A stretch of DNA of 64,000 bases from Saccostrea cucullata (taxonomy: Eukaryota), in NCBI RefSeq assembly GCF_032062105.1, contig NW_026939106.1, forward strand, positions 62,001 to 126,000, in the 5' to 3' direction. Shown in pieces: positions 49,791 through 63,981 of the stretch. A model generated the notes under the pieces. That model ran no database searches and was not told the origin of the DNA. It worked only from the letters and a program-made list of their open reading frames with translations. The translations under genes and the position numbers were made by a program. Positions within the stretch are counted from its first letter, which is position 1, and each line of letters starts with the position of its first letter.

Positions 49791-52700
49791 TTAGAATGTG
49801 CGTTGAGCTGTATATTGGATATAACACTATGTATTCGTCTATGATGATAATATGGCAGCATAGGTAAATTAATATACAAATAGATAATAAACAAGAGAAA
49901 TACAAAGTCTATGTGTTTACCATCATTGTATACATGTACTGTCAAATTAGTAAATGTCATGATCTGCATAACGGACCTCTAAAATTACGTTAACTTTGAA
50001 TAACAACAGTCTTTTTTAAAGAAAACATGTTGAAAGTCTGATTAGGTCGATACAATTATCAAATCATCAAATACAATGTATCATTAATTTTAATACTCAC
50101 TTGCATTTTTCACACAAATTGTAAGGCCAAATTTTACACACTGAAATGTCTTTAATTACTAGGATTTTTCTGTATGCCCCAACATGACAATGACCAAACG
50201 GCGGATGTGACCGACATACATGTAAGATGCTTACTTCTCTATGGAACCTGATCCCACTTCTGTTATTCTTAGGCGTCCATGTTTGTTCTGTTTCAAACCT
50301 GTATTATTTATTCAATTTAAAAAAATGCTCAAATTTTTTTTTTTCATTATTTTAAACTACTCGATATTTTTACCGATCAGCACTTTAAAAGTCGTGAAAA
50401 GTTTGATACAAGAAAATATTTTATTGCCTATTGAATTTTTGATACCCCAAATATGATACCTTTTTAGTGCAAAAAGGTCACACAATAATTTACGAGCATT
50501 AATTAGTATGATTTGTTCAATGACAAATATTATTCAAATCATTTTACATAAAATAAGATTATTATCGCCATGGTTACATCTGATAAAATAAAATAAGGGT
50601 TAAAGGGATTAACGAAATTGAAACTTAATTGTACCATTGTTTAATAAGATGCATATGCACACTGGCCCCCTCTTTTCTCTGCAATTCATGAAGCTCAACT
50701 GAATCTTTTGATCAGTTTTTCATTATTTTAAATGGCGTTGTATTATAGTTAGTAAAAATTAAAATTTCTTTTTTTCCCTTCTTCTAAAATTCATACACTT
50801 TTAAACAAGCAGATTTACCTACATGAATTTTCAGATTTATCATTTAACAGATTATCTTTGTTGTAAATTCTTATGCTATGAAAGTATAGTCTCTTTATTT
50901 ACAACAATAATGGTCATGTCATTCATGATTTCAAGAATGGCGCAGAATTTCTAAAGTATCACAAGTAAAATTGATGCAAAGTATCAAATCGGCCGCTAAC
51001 AAAATCTAACAAATTCTAAAAGTACTTTCACAATTTTATGAAAGCATCCATATCAAGATATTCAAAGCTGAAATAGTGATCATTTTTATTTCAGGCTGTA
51101 TTCAAAGCAAAATACTAGTAAAAAAATTATTTTTTTTAACAAAAATTAAAATTTTACTGCATTTGCTTTTCAATTGGATTCATCGATGCCATAACGTCAA
51201 TGATTAATGATAAGAAATTATTGTCATCAAAATGATGATGAAGGTCTCTCAAGATGAACCACGAGCTGATACCCTAGATCTTTGTCACGTGATAATGCCT
51301 ATGATTTCTGCAGAGTAGGTTATACTGCACGGCGATGTGCAAAATGTAGAAAAATAATTCTTGTGTCATTCATAGGTGTAGCATATTCAAATCAATTTTT
51401 ACTTGTTCTTTCAATTTTTATACCCATGCACTTTTATCGCGTCGTTTTTATCCGGAAAATCATGACGATTGCCTTTTGTATCTTACACACTCCCAAGAAG
51501 GGGAGTATCTATTGTAAACTCTTTTTATTTAAGCATGAATTATCAATTATTGGATGCGAAATGATAATGTAATTGAAACATGATAACAGCGATTAAAACT
51601 TAGTTTAAAGCAAGTTTTTATAATATTTTACTCATGATTTTGTTCATGTTATCCTTTAAGAATTATTTTACTGAACTAATAAAAAAATAACATCTCATTT
51701 CCCCATGTGCACTTTCTAACACAATCACACAATAGATCGGCCGATAATAAGAACAATCCTAGAGAGGAAGTTGTAAGTACACAATTATGTACAATAATCC
51801 TTCGAACTCTGTTTGTTAACCTTTTTTGGAAGAGCAATCGGTTTGAGAAGGTTTGTAAAACCATAAACCATACAGATATTTCCGTCATCTCTTGCTTGGG
51901 AGACAGATGTCAATAAAGTGAAAAGAATCAAATTGATTTTTTTGAACGATTTTCTTTCTCTTTAATATCAAAAAGAAAACTGTATGGTCATAAAAAAGAT
52001 TTAAGTTCTACTCGACTGTATTGCAATTTAAATTCCCCAGAATTATGATTTGTAAGGAAATTGTTCCCCCCTGGGATCACTGATGGGCATTTAGCAAATA
52101 AAGCAATAAAAAGACCTGTATTTGACTGAAAGTTAGGTAAGTGAATTTGTACTGGAATAAGTTCATCATTTACTGATCATATTTATCTTTCATTGAAAAA
52201 TCTTCAATGCTGAACAAGCAAACTTAAGTAACTTGCCATAATTTGAAATTTGTTAATCAGAAAAAAAATTACAGAAAAGAAGGGGCTGTGGAAAACAAAC
52301 AGATCCCAAAATTTGAAAGAGTAAATATTTAAAAATTAAAAGCTGCGATGTCTGAGTGAAGATTTCCATTTGTGTAAGGAATAGTAAACTAGTATTCTTT
52401 TGCATTGTTTGAAAAGCAATTTTTTAACTGTGTTGTTGCTAGAGATTGCCATTGGTCTGTAAACCGCTGAATCCACCAAGAGAGCTTTATATGCAATATT
52501 ACCTAAAGTAATTAAGAACTATTTTTTACCGAAAACTTCTCTTTGTGTGTTTTCGATTGCACAATCTGATCAAAATTCGTTCTCTATCTGATGTCAACCT
52601 CATCCATAAAAGCATCAAACCATTGGCAATGAATTAGCTGATGCTAATAAACCACTAAGATAATATCATAGAGAAAACATGTCCTATTTTATTTAAAAAT

Positions 52701-52993
52701 TATTCAAAGATTTTTTAAGCTATTAAATTTTTTAACGCAGTCATGAAATGTTTCCGTGGAAAGAGATAAAATAGAATTTATTCTAACTAGATGCGTTAAC
52801 CATCACATGAATACGGAGATAACATACAGTAATTAAGTTCAAAGTCCATTTAAGTAATGCTTATCATGAGAAGAGCATGTTACACGGACCTGCAAAAAAC
52901 ATCATAGGCGGTTTCACTCAAAAGATGATTTAGCTAAATGAAACATATGGAGATAACTAACATTATTCAATATCAAAAATCCATAAAACAATA

Positions 52994-53513
52994 CAAAATA
53001 GGAGCAGAGCAAACACGGACTTCGAAAAACATCATTGGTGGGATCAGGTGTCCTGGAGGAGTGAGCATCTCTTGTCGATCGGTCACACCCGCCTTGTGCT
53101 CCTTGTCATGATCGGGAAATAACGGAAAAATCCGTCGTCAATGCAGTGTATAAATAATGGACTAACAATTAGTATGAAAAACGTCAGTCAGCATTAGACT
53201 CAATGATAAACTGTATTTGCTGACAAGGTCATTGTATCCACCATAGAAATTACAATATGATGCTTATGACTTTAAACGAGAATGCAGATATTCTTGTTTC
53301 ATCAACTTGCTTGTCATGCTCTTGCTTATTGAATCAATGAGACATATAAACCTGGTATTTACGTCGTTTTAGAAATTGTTCATACGTAGAGCATGCTCTT
53401 GCTTATTGAATCAATTGAGATATATAAAGTCCGTATGCAGGTGATGAAGGCATATTGCTGCATAAGTAGGAGAAGTTGACGATTGAAAAGTTAAATTCAT
53501 CACCTTTATCATG
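52994..53513 (-). mobile_element. Penelope-like retroelement relic (RT C-terminal region plus 3' end)
   Basis: Minus strand reads HDKGDEFNFSIVNFSYLCSNMPSSPAYGLYISQLIQ*ARACSTYEQFLKR, matching the YDKRDDFNF..SNIP..AYGVYISQLIRYARAC motif I recall from Penelope-like RTs; has a stop and an internal duplication. Confidence 0.75.
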
Positions 53514-54969
53514 TACATAAAATGTACATGTTTAGAAGACACTTTCATATCAAGTGGGTAACCTATCAGGTTATAGAAAACAATTTTCATTATGCTAAAA
53601 TTTTTAAATTTTATGATTTCTAGCTTTTGTAAGGTCTTACACTAAACATTATATAAGTGGTTTCACTCTTTGGCTCACTCTGCCCTAGCACTAGAACCCA
53701 TGACCCCAGGGTCATGAATTTCACAATTTTGGTAGAGGACTCAATGCTATTACAATTCAGTTTGACTGCTTGATGTCCCTGACCCAGGGTGGTAAAGATG
53801 CTATGTGCCAAATTTGGTTGAAAGGTAGCAACTGTTTCTTAGCAAAGCACTCGGATTTTGAAGGACCCTCCTTGCTCAGTAGCAATTTTCCTGTTAAAAT
53901 TTTTAAATTTTATGTGTAGCAAGTCTTACACTAAACATTATATAAGTGGTTTTAGGTCTGTGTTCATCTTCCTTACATACCGGTATCTAAAGGTATGTTC
54001 ATCTTCCTTATACCGGTATCTTGTGACATCTGAAAAATTCTAGAACGGGACGCAAAACAACAACAATCATTCAATCAATCATTAACTCTTATTTAAAACA
54101 TCATTTATTTATCTACAATGTACATGTATTATCCATTTATTACATACAAAATCAAATTAAATCAACATTAAACAATGAATATTTAGAACTCAAACACACG
54201 AGACAAACTTCACCCAATGTTATGATGAACAATGAATGTTCCTCTACCTATCAAAGTTGTGAAATTCATATCACTTGACTACCATGCAGAACTGAGTTGG
54301 TGACTTTTCAAGAAACTAATGATACCCAGATGACCTCCGCACCAAGGCTTTTATATTTTTGTATTGGGATCTAGATCTGGAACTTTAAATTATGATGAAT
54401 TTACAATTTTATCCTTATTTTATCAGGTAGTAAATAATTTAATACACGAAAATACATTTTTGTGATTTTGTAATATGCCATAAATGAAAAAGCGCCAGTC
54501 TAGATGAAAAAAATCATACGATTCATCCTTGTTTTAGCAGGTAGTCAATGATTTAATACATAAAAATTCATTTTTGTGATTTTTTTAATATGCCATAAAT
54601 GGAAAAAAAAGTCTAAAAGATCATAAGATTAATAAAAGTTTGGTTTTACTCTTGATAACTCCGAACAGAGTTCGAATTATCATCTTTTAAAGCTCAAACA
54701 TCAGAAAACAAGTTTATTACGTGACTAAACTTTCCCTACATCAATATAATCTTTGTTCAGGGATCAAGGGAGAATTACTTTCGCCCTAGTTTTTTTTTTT
54801 TAATTAAACGTGCCGCTTGTGATTGTCCCGCCAGGATAGTTTCAATTACATAATAGGAGGTGTGTCATGATAATGGGAGTTCATCATTGAATTGACAGTT
54901 TGATTGCATATCTTTCTCTTGTTCGTGATATTCTTGGACATGGAAAAGTACATAAAATCTTTTACATTT

Positions 54970-57900
54970 TTTGTCTGTGACGCTTATATAAAATTCTTGA
55001 TCTTAGTTCAAAGAGGTAAAAAAAAATAAACAAAGCGAGAAAGAACATAACACATTTTTTCTATGGTTTGCCCATTTTATCAAAGTTAAAATTCCTATAA
55101 ATAGCAGACAGGAGGAACAAAGTGAACATATACTCCCAGTAACTTCTAGTAGGACCAGAAATAAAAGGTTTGTTTTCATTATTGAAGAAAATTAACAGAA
55201 CAATAGTCTTTATCATAATCTCAACGGTTTCACTTACAAGTAATGCTTTTGTTATAACCTCAATGTTTTCACAAATTAAGCAAATAGAACGTTCTTTTTC
55301 TTTTATTTCAACGATTTCACATGGAAACAAATGAATATTCTTTGTCATAGTTTCAACGCTTTCTCGCATCTAGCATATGTTAAATGTACATCAAATTTCA
55401 TCTAAATAAGTTCAGTCTTTAGGAATTTATTGAATTAATTTAGTTTCAACAATTTTGAATTTTCACATAGAATTAATATTCTTTATTTTAGTTTTAACGG
55501 TTACTCACTTCTAAAATATTTCTGCCATGTACTTTACGAATAACAGTACATGTACATGTATATTATTGTCTGTAAGTGAGAAAGTCCTCATAAAAAGATT
55601 TGTTTTATTTTGTATAAATTGTCTTTGACTTCTGCAGACAGTCCTCATCATTTTGGGGTTTTTTAACTCTGCAAATGCTCTTGAAAACATTTATAATATA
55701 GAGATATTCGTACATTAACAAACGAAGATCTAAAATGACAGATAGTGTAAAAATACACCAAAATCCCACTACACTACTATTATGCAACATTAAATTTGAC
55801 TAAAGAAATGAGATTTCTTTTAAAAAAAATCTCCTAAATATTCAAAACTGTTTAATATATAACAAACTATAAAACCTTGATATTTGCAATTTAAAGAGGG
55901 GTTATTCTGTGAACAGAGCGTGAAACTAAATCACATAGTACATGTAGGAGTATAACAAACTTCTGATTTTATCAATGGTGTGAAGGAAAAATGCATTTAA
56001 TAATTACTTTTTTCTCATTAAAAACAGCAACAAGCTTCATCTGCAATTTGTTTAAATTTCTACAAATGAAAATGTCGAACAGAGCTGTTTATGGATTAAA
56101 AAAACCCCATTTAACTCACACTTGATAAGATCTTTTCACAGAAACTGTCTACCCCCTTGCTCATGGAAATACATTTGTATTAATGGTGTAAATTAAAAGG
56201 AAAATATAAGTTAAAAATTAGCTCTGTTTCTTTTTCTAATAAATACTATCTCTGATTAATGAATACGTTACGCCGAATCGAATATAATCTGTGATAACGA
56301 TGATTACATGTAGGAGGTCATTATTTGACCTCGAAAGATCGAAACAATAACAAACACAATGGAAACTGTTACCGATGCTCTATTTTTGTAAGGAAGAGTA
56401 AACAATCTTGATCTTAATTTAAACAAATATCAAAAAAAGATCAAAAAGGAAAAAAAATTTTGCGAAAAAGGACGTAACCTTTTCCTATGTTTGATGCTCG
56501 CTTGCTCATTTCGTTAAAGTTAAGATTCCTAAAATTATAGCAGACAGGAAGAACACAGTGTACATATACTCGAGTAGCCTAGCACCAGAAATAAAAAGTT
56601 TGGTTTCATTGCGACTGAAGAATAGTCTTTAACATAACATCAACGGCTTCACATACAAGTAATGCTCTTGTAATAGTTTTAATGTTTTCACAAATTAAGC
56701 AATATCCTCTTTTTTAAAAAACATATTCCACATGGAATCAATATTCCTTTTTAAAGTTTCAACGGCTTTTAACATATTATTAATGCATGTACATCAAATC
56801 TATGTCTTCTTAAGTATTGGCTTTATGAATGACAGTATATTATTGTCTGTAGGTTTAAATACTCACCTCTGAAGACAGTCCATTTTTTTTTAACTCTGCA
56901 AATGTTCTTGCAAGCATTTGTGATATACAGATGTTCGTACATTAACAAACGATCTAAAATGACAGATAATGTAACAACACACAAAAATTCCACTACACTA
57001 CTAATATGCAACGTAAATTTTGACCAAAGAAAAGACATTCTACAAAAAAATCGCCTCAAATATTCAATCTGTATAATTTAATATAAAACAAGGTTAAAAT
57101 AAACCAACCCAGGTGCCCTTTTAGAAATAAACTGACGACTTAAGACAAAATTTTATTTGCTAAATAAATAACTTTCTTATTTATATAAAACAGAAAGTGG
57201 TTTTAATATTTTTGAAAGGGTGTAGAAAGATACTTTTACGCTATCAATCTTAAACATAATTTATAATTTTGCAGCATTTAAAACCAATATTGCAGTTTTT
57301 TTCTTAGTCGTAAGTTCTTTTGTAAACGGCACCCTGGATATTTGCGATTTTAAGAGAGGTTTCTCTGTGAACAGGGCGTGAAAGTAAATCACATAGTACA
57401 TGTAGGAGTATAACAGACTTCTGATTGTATCTTTAGTGTGAAGGGAAACATGCATAATAATTACCCTTTTCTCTTTAAAAGCATTAACAAGCCGCAACTG
57501 CATTTTTTCGAATTTTCTACAAAATGTCGAAGAGAGCTGTTTATGAAAAAAAATACTCACATTTGATAAGATTTTTTAACAGAAAATGTTCCACCTCTGC
57601 TCTTGTTTTCATTGCTCATGAAATAACAATTGTATCAATGGTATAAATTAAAGGGAAAATATATAGAAAATGCGCTCTGTTTTCTTTTTAAATAAATACT
57701 ATCTCTGATTGATTGATGAATGTTTTACGTTGAATCGAATATTTTCTGTGAACGCCAACGGTCATTACAAGGCTATTATTTAACCTCGAGAGATCGAAAC
57801 AATTAAATACTGACAGACATATCTCTGTTATACCTAAATTTGATATAAGCTGCTTTTTTCCTACTTTCATTGAACGTGTCATTCCTTAAAAAGGGAAAAT

Positions 57901-59500
57901 ACAGTAACGAAAATCAGAAATCAAAAATCAAAGTACATGTAATTGGAAACCAATTGGAAATTGTTGCCGATGCTCTATTTTTGTGACGAAGATATTACAA
58001 TCTTGACCTGAGTTTTAACACAAAAAAAGATCAAAGGATAAAGCAGAAAAGGTCACAGCATTTTCTTTTGTTTTATGTTAGCTTACAAAGCTGTAAGATT
58101 CTTAAAAGTAGCAGACAGGAAGAAGTAACATGACGAGAAATAACTATTTCTTTCATTGCTTTATAGATATAGTTTACAATGACGTATAATTATAAACATG
58201 GCTCTTCATTACATCTCAGCGGTTGCAACATTCGGGCAGTACTCGTTATAGCGTAAACGGTTTCACAAATGAAGCAATGCTTTTCATTTTACTTTGAAAT
58301 TTTTAGCATACAGACATTAATATTACTCTAACGGATTCTCACTTCTTACATTTGTTTAATGCATGTACATGTATATAGAATTTTGGTCAGTCGGTAGAAA
58401 TCTTGCTCCCTAATCGGAAGATCGTGGGTTCAAACCCTGGCTGCGACCACCGACCTCAATTGTCAAACATAAGTAGCACTATTTTTTCCTCTCTCAAGAG
58501 CTCGTTACGTTGATGTGAAACCTTAAAAGACAACAAAGATATTGCCCCGAGAAAAGATTCTTCAGTGCTCGATGGCATTGAGTGCCAAAAAAGGTCTAAA
58601 TCTGAAGTTCTTCATTAGTAAATGGTAACATATCTATATAAGTGAGAAAAAAAACAATCAATCAATCAAATGTCTGTCTTTTAAGTACGCTAGCTCTTTA
58701 CTTCAATTAATAGTATTCATCTCTGCAGGTGAGAATATACTTCACAACAGAACTTGCTGAATCAGCAGTTTTGTTGTCCATAAATCGTCTGTGATCTCTA
58801 CAAATGTCAATTCTATATTGTTTTTTTTTACTTTGCTAATGTTTTGACGGTATTATTTTCATAATTTCAGAGATGTGACTAGGTTTCATACATGATGTTC
58901 ATGTTTCATTGATGTTGTGACTAAGTAAGTACTTTTACAAACGAAGATAAAAAATTATAGATAACGTGACCACTCATCTACGACCACTACAGTGCTAAAA
59001 TGCAATATACATATGACAATGGAATAGAGTTAAACAAAAAAACCTTCTCAAATATCCACTGTAACTGTATAAATTATTACGTAACAATGTACAAATTCGA
59101 AAGAGTTTTCTCGTTGAATAGAACATGGTCTACTCAAATAATCTAAATTGTAAAAGAAACGTGCTTTTAATTACCTGTTTCTCATTAAAAACAGCATGTT
59201 TCAATAGCTTTTTAAAACATTATGAAGAAGAAAATGTGACAGAGCTGTATATATGGAATGAAGAAAGCACTTAAACAAACAACACTTTGTTACAATTAAA
59301 TAACACTTGATAAAATCTTTCATCTGAAACTGTTTCACCCCCGCTCTGGTTTTTCTTGCATACAATTCTATGAATGATGTAAATTGAAGGGAACATTTTG
59401 GCTAAATATGTGCTTTACTTTCCCCTTTTAATGGTTACTATCTGATACAATACCAGCAATCATTAGGAAAGCCATACCTTGACGTCAAGAGATTGACGCA
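54970..59500. repeat. Diverged tandem triplication, unit ~1.4-1.6 kb
   Basis: AGCAGACAGGA(G/A)GAA at ~55103, 56539, 58110; CTGTGAACAG.GCGTGAAA.TAAATCACATAGTACATGTAGGAGTATAACA at ~55907 and 57365; further collinear anchors; third copy most decayed. Confidence 0.85.
58383..58670 (+). mobile_element. Degraded tRNA-derived SINE
   Basis: A-box-like TGGTCAGTCGGTAGA, B-box GGTTCAAACC, (AATC)n tail; similar to 62856-63164. Confidence 0.7.
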
Positions 59501-59896
59501 TTTGGTGACTGCCAAACATATATTTGTTGATATGCAACTTAATTTAGCTTAAAGTCATTCAAAAAAATATGCATTTATGTAAGTACTCTTTAAATTAATG
59601 TCAGCGATATGCCTATGGGCCTTGGCGGTCACCCGAGTATCATACAGAACCAGTTTCTAAGTTTCCCTGAATAAAATATGACACATACAGCAAAATATGA
59701 AACTTGAAATCTGAACTCATGTAAAATGATTTGATAAAAAACATAATGGTTCTTCTTAGTATTATTTTCAGAAATCTTCTTCAAAAAAGGAGTAAAGAAG
59801 ATTTTTAAAGATTTTAAATGTATGAAAATAAATGACCAATGTAGTCCTATCCTTGGGCCTCGGCCTTGTGGACATATATTTGTTAAAGATAAAATA

Positions 59897-60365
59897 CTGT
59901 GGAATCATCTACCGTATAGTGGGCTATTTAGCGGGATGCTAATTTTGACTTATTTTGGCGTTTGGATGGTAGCTCGCTAAAATTTTAATCGCTAAAATAT
60001 TCAGTACTCTTCAAAGTGATCATCTGCCAAGAAGTGAAACTCTGTGTCTACTAAAATAAATTAAGCCAAAATTATTTGCATACCTTTGAGGTGGCAAAAC
60101 GGCAAATTTTACACCCGCCAAGAAAAGCCGCTATAGGATATGTTGAAGTTCGTCTGGTATCAATGTTCTTGGATTTAGTGGGTCACCCTTATCCACGAAT
60201 TTACACCCCTTCGAACAATTATTTCTACATCATATTTATTCATTGAATCTTATTTTATTGAAAATTGAAAAATTCATTGAAAAGTACGTCCTACCAACCT
60301 ACAAAATTTTGCTTACCCAAGAACATTGACCCCACGAATTACTTGTACCTATCACAATCCATGAA
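59897..60365. mobile_element. Nested degraded Tc1/mariner-type MITEs (CCGTATAG-type at ~59912-60138 inside a CTGTGGA-type)
   Basis: TA|CCGTATAG..CGCTATAGGA|TA inserted ~15 bp inside TA|CTGTGGAATCA; CCACGAA motifs resume after it. Confidence 0.5.
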
Positions 60366-62855
60366 GTGTGTTTTAATGTCCAAGAATAGATAAATTATTC
60401 AGAAGTTTTCAATTAGTTGTTATAAAAATGACCAACAAAGCCCCAATCTAAGACTGCATTCTGGACCTCCATTGCATGCCTTCAAAATCATTGTAATGAA
60501 CTGCTAACCAGAATTTAGGAAAAAACCTAAGGTATTATTTATTATTTTCAATACAACATATCTTTTTAAAAATTACTCTGATGTACATATTTTGGTGTGG
60601 TATCAATAAAAATTGATACTATACCAAAACTGATTATTCTGTCTCCGTTTTAGATTTGGATAAATGATTTTACAATGCTTCTAAAAAAGGGATAACCCAT
60701 AACAATCTTTTAAAATGGTACCTTGTAATTCTAAAGTTTACCTCATTTAATTTTATTGAGACTTGGCAAAAGTGTAGAGATATTTTTTAAAAGATGCATA
60801 ATTCTTTAAATGCAAAGCGATTTTTTTTCAAATGCTGCTGCAATATTCATTTTCTATTATTTTAAGTACTGGGTAGAATAATTGCAAAGTCATGCGTGGC
60901 TTTTAGTTATCATTTTGAAACCTTTGTATCAAACGGCTGAATTTATTCATTTTTAATCTGGATGTTAATAAATTCTTAAAATTTACATAATATTTCTTTC
61001 TTCTCTAACTTTATTAAAACTTCAGTAAAAATTTTCTCACGCGAGTATTGCTGGATAGTTCCATATCAATAAGAAAACGGAATTGCTCGCTGATCCTAAT
61101 TCCCAAGGAAGCACGATATCAGATTACCCGCATATTCATTCCGGCGAAGGCGCAAAAGGAAAATGATGGACGCTTTTATACGACTTTAATAAATCTATTT
61201 CTCTGTGCAAAATCATCTTTAGGTGGCTCAATCTCGCTATTCGCCACTGACCCTTCCTTAACTCTCGGAGAAGAATGGAAGGATCCTGGCGGATTACTGG
61301 TTTGGATACAACAATTAGAACCGACTTTTTGGATTTGTATCGCGGACGAAGGAAAGTCCACAAAAACAGACGTATTACTTCGATATAGATTGAATTTACA
61401 AGCCAGCGAGAGAAAATGTATTCCGATTCATCACCGAGTATTGAAAGGGTTTTGCATGTAGATATGAAGTGAGTTTGATGTATGATGCCAATAAAAATTG
61501 TCAAGCGACGAAAGCCGTTTCCGATCCATCACTGTAATAGATATTGAACATGATCTACATAATATGTAAGAACAAGACAGAACCTAAAGAAAGAACTAGA
61601 CGGCAATAAAAGGGAAAAAGTTAAAAATATGGACATTGTAAGCTTCCAAATTTAGATCAATTAAGATATATGAATTTAATTTTCATCAAACTTAACGAAA
61701 AATGACGTTGATATTCACAGCGTGCGACTTTCCCTCCAATGCAACTGACATCTATAATTATACATGTACCTTCGCAAATAACAAAGTTTTAGGGGGATAT
61801 AAAGTTTCTGTCTATGAGTCTATATTTGTGTAAATGCAATGATGCACCCTGTGTATAGATTATAGTCACTTTCTATTCACTGTAAAGCACTATATTTAAG
61901 CGACACTTTTAATTTCACGATAAAGTTCTTTCATTGGTTTTATTAGACGAGACAAATTTTATAAACTTCGATTATTTTTGCGTTGCATACTTATATGTAC
62001 ATGTAAAAAGCTTGAATCTAATTCGTCGAGGAACATTTATTAAAATCATTGTTACCCTCTGAATGACATCAAGTCATCCAGCGTGAAAGAACTTGCAGTA
62101 CTGTAGTTATAGTCAACATTTCTTGACAACGGGTGATATACAAAAAAAATTCACCAATCAAAAAACGTTGTGATAATTATCAAATTAACCTTTAAATTCC
62201 TACAGTTTTCCTATAACATACATTTAGTACTTTTAAACAATGTAAATGTAAAAAAATATCTTTCGCAAAAAATAAAGTTCTCACTAATAAAAAGTGATTT
62301 TCACTGTAACAGTATTTTAATGGGAATCAAGATCACCTTGTGGCGATGATGCATCTATGGACCCCTGAAAAGAACATGCTATGACTGTACCCCTACGGAG
62401 TAATTGGTCATTAGGGCACCTCTAGTTATACAGCATATGAATTTGGAATTGATTTCAGAAATGTTTTGAGATGTGAAAACCATCACTCAAATGTCATTTT
62501 AGATGAAAGAACTTTTTCCTTTAATTTTCTCACCGCAATTATCGATTTGTAAATTACTGTCATGCTCGTTTCTCTTTAGAAATTGTCATATTGCAGATGT
62601 TAATTTTCACATAGTTCTGCCTAAAAAATTGTATTTAAAATGTTGTGACTCACAAAATTGTTAATCAACTTGAATCCCATTTGTATTCTAACGTTTTAAG
62701 GATGCAGTGGTAATGATATTATCTTGAGGGGCTCTCCAAAGGAAGATTAAAATAAGGAATTAACTACATTTACAAGTACCCTCGGTTTATCAATGGTTCA
62801 TGAAATTTATACTTGTAATTCATAAATCATATACAATAAGTACAAGTGTGGAGGA

Positions 62856-63164
62856 TTGATTGATTGTATATTGTTTAACGTCCCTCTCGAGACTTTTTCA
62901 CTCATATGGAGACGTCACCGTATGCAGGTGAAGGGCTTCAAATTTTGACCTTTACTCGGCACTCAAGGCCATTGAGCAGTGAGGGATCTTTATCGTGCCA
63001 ACGCCTGCCGCTGACACGGGGCCTCGGTTTTTAATTTTCACTTCAAAGTGCCGAGCGCATCGCGAAGGAACAGTTGATACCCATTTTTTTTATCGACTTA
63101 GGTCAGTCGCGGCCGAGATTCGAACTTACTACCTCCCGATCACGGAGCGAGCGCTCTATTGACT
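62856..63164 (-). mobile_element. tRNA-derived SINE with intact TSD
   Basis: Minus-strand head TAGAGCG..GTTCGAATC (A/B boxes), (AATC)n tail, exact 13-bp TSD CAAGTGTGGAGGA at 62843-62855 and 63165-63177. Confidence 0.88.
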
Positions 63165-63790
63165 CAAGTGTGGAGGAAAGAATCAAGAATGAAATATATT
63201 AAGTAGATAACGCGGGAAGATCAGTATTTAAGTCCAAAAGTCCATTAAATAATGCAAAATTGGAGCAGAGCAAACACGGACCTCCAAACAAATCTGAGGT
63301 GGGATATCTGGTGCCATGGAGGAGTGAGCATAAGAAAATAATTTGTCTGAAATATTGTAAGAATATAAATATAAATATACCATGTAGGGAACTCCAGCAT
63401 CGTTGTACTTATGAATTCTCTGTATCCAATATTTAACACCATTTTACTCTTTAGTTTAAAAAAAAAAAAAACATTTGTAAAATTTAGCACTACATTGTAT
63501 ATAGTATCATCCGTCAATAGAGACAGATAATTGATAGAGCACTCACTTTATGAAAGTTGTTATGATAATAAATATTATTTTTTTTACAAGCCAAATAGAT
63601 GTAGATAATAAAAGGCATTTGCAAAGAGCAAATACACATACTGAGCGTCTAGACATCGTGACCTATTACTTTTAACGTTCCAATGTACTGTGTTGGTTTT
63701 GCATCAACCTATAGCATGTTTATCCAAGTCCAACGTCGTGCATTTGAACGTTATATTAAGTAATTGAATTCGTTAAAGCTTATTCTATTT

Positions 63791-63981
63791 GCATACGGGG
63801 TTCATGTCTCTCAGTTGATTCGATACGCAAGAACATACTCTACGTAAATATGTACAATTTCTAAAACAAGATATTAAATTATTAAAACACAAGATGATGA
63901 AACAAGAATATCAACAGTCTCATTTAAAATCATCACTTCGTAAGTTCTATAGGCGATACAATGACCTTGTCAGCAAATACA
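63791..63981 (+). mobile_element. Penelope-like RT fragment
   Basis: AYGVHVSQLIRYARTYST* then MMKQEYQQSHLKSSLRKFYRRYNDLVSKY; homologous to the 53-kb relic. Confidence 0.72.

Noticed and set aside
63095-63164. tRNA gene
   Set aside because: No complete cloverleaf; it is the head of a SINE with a tail and TSD.
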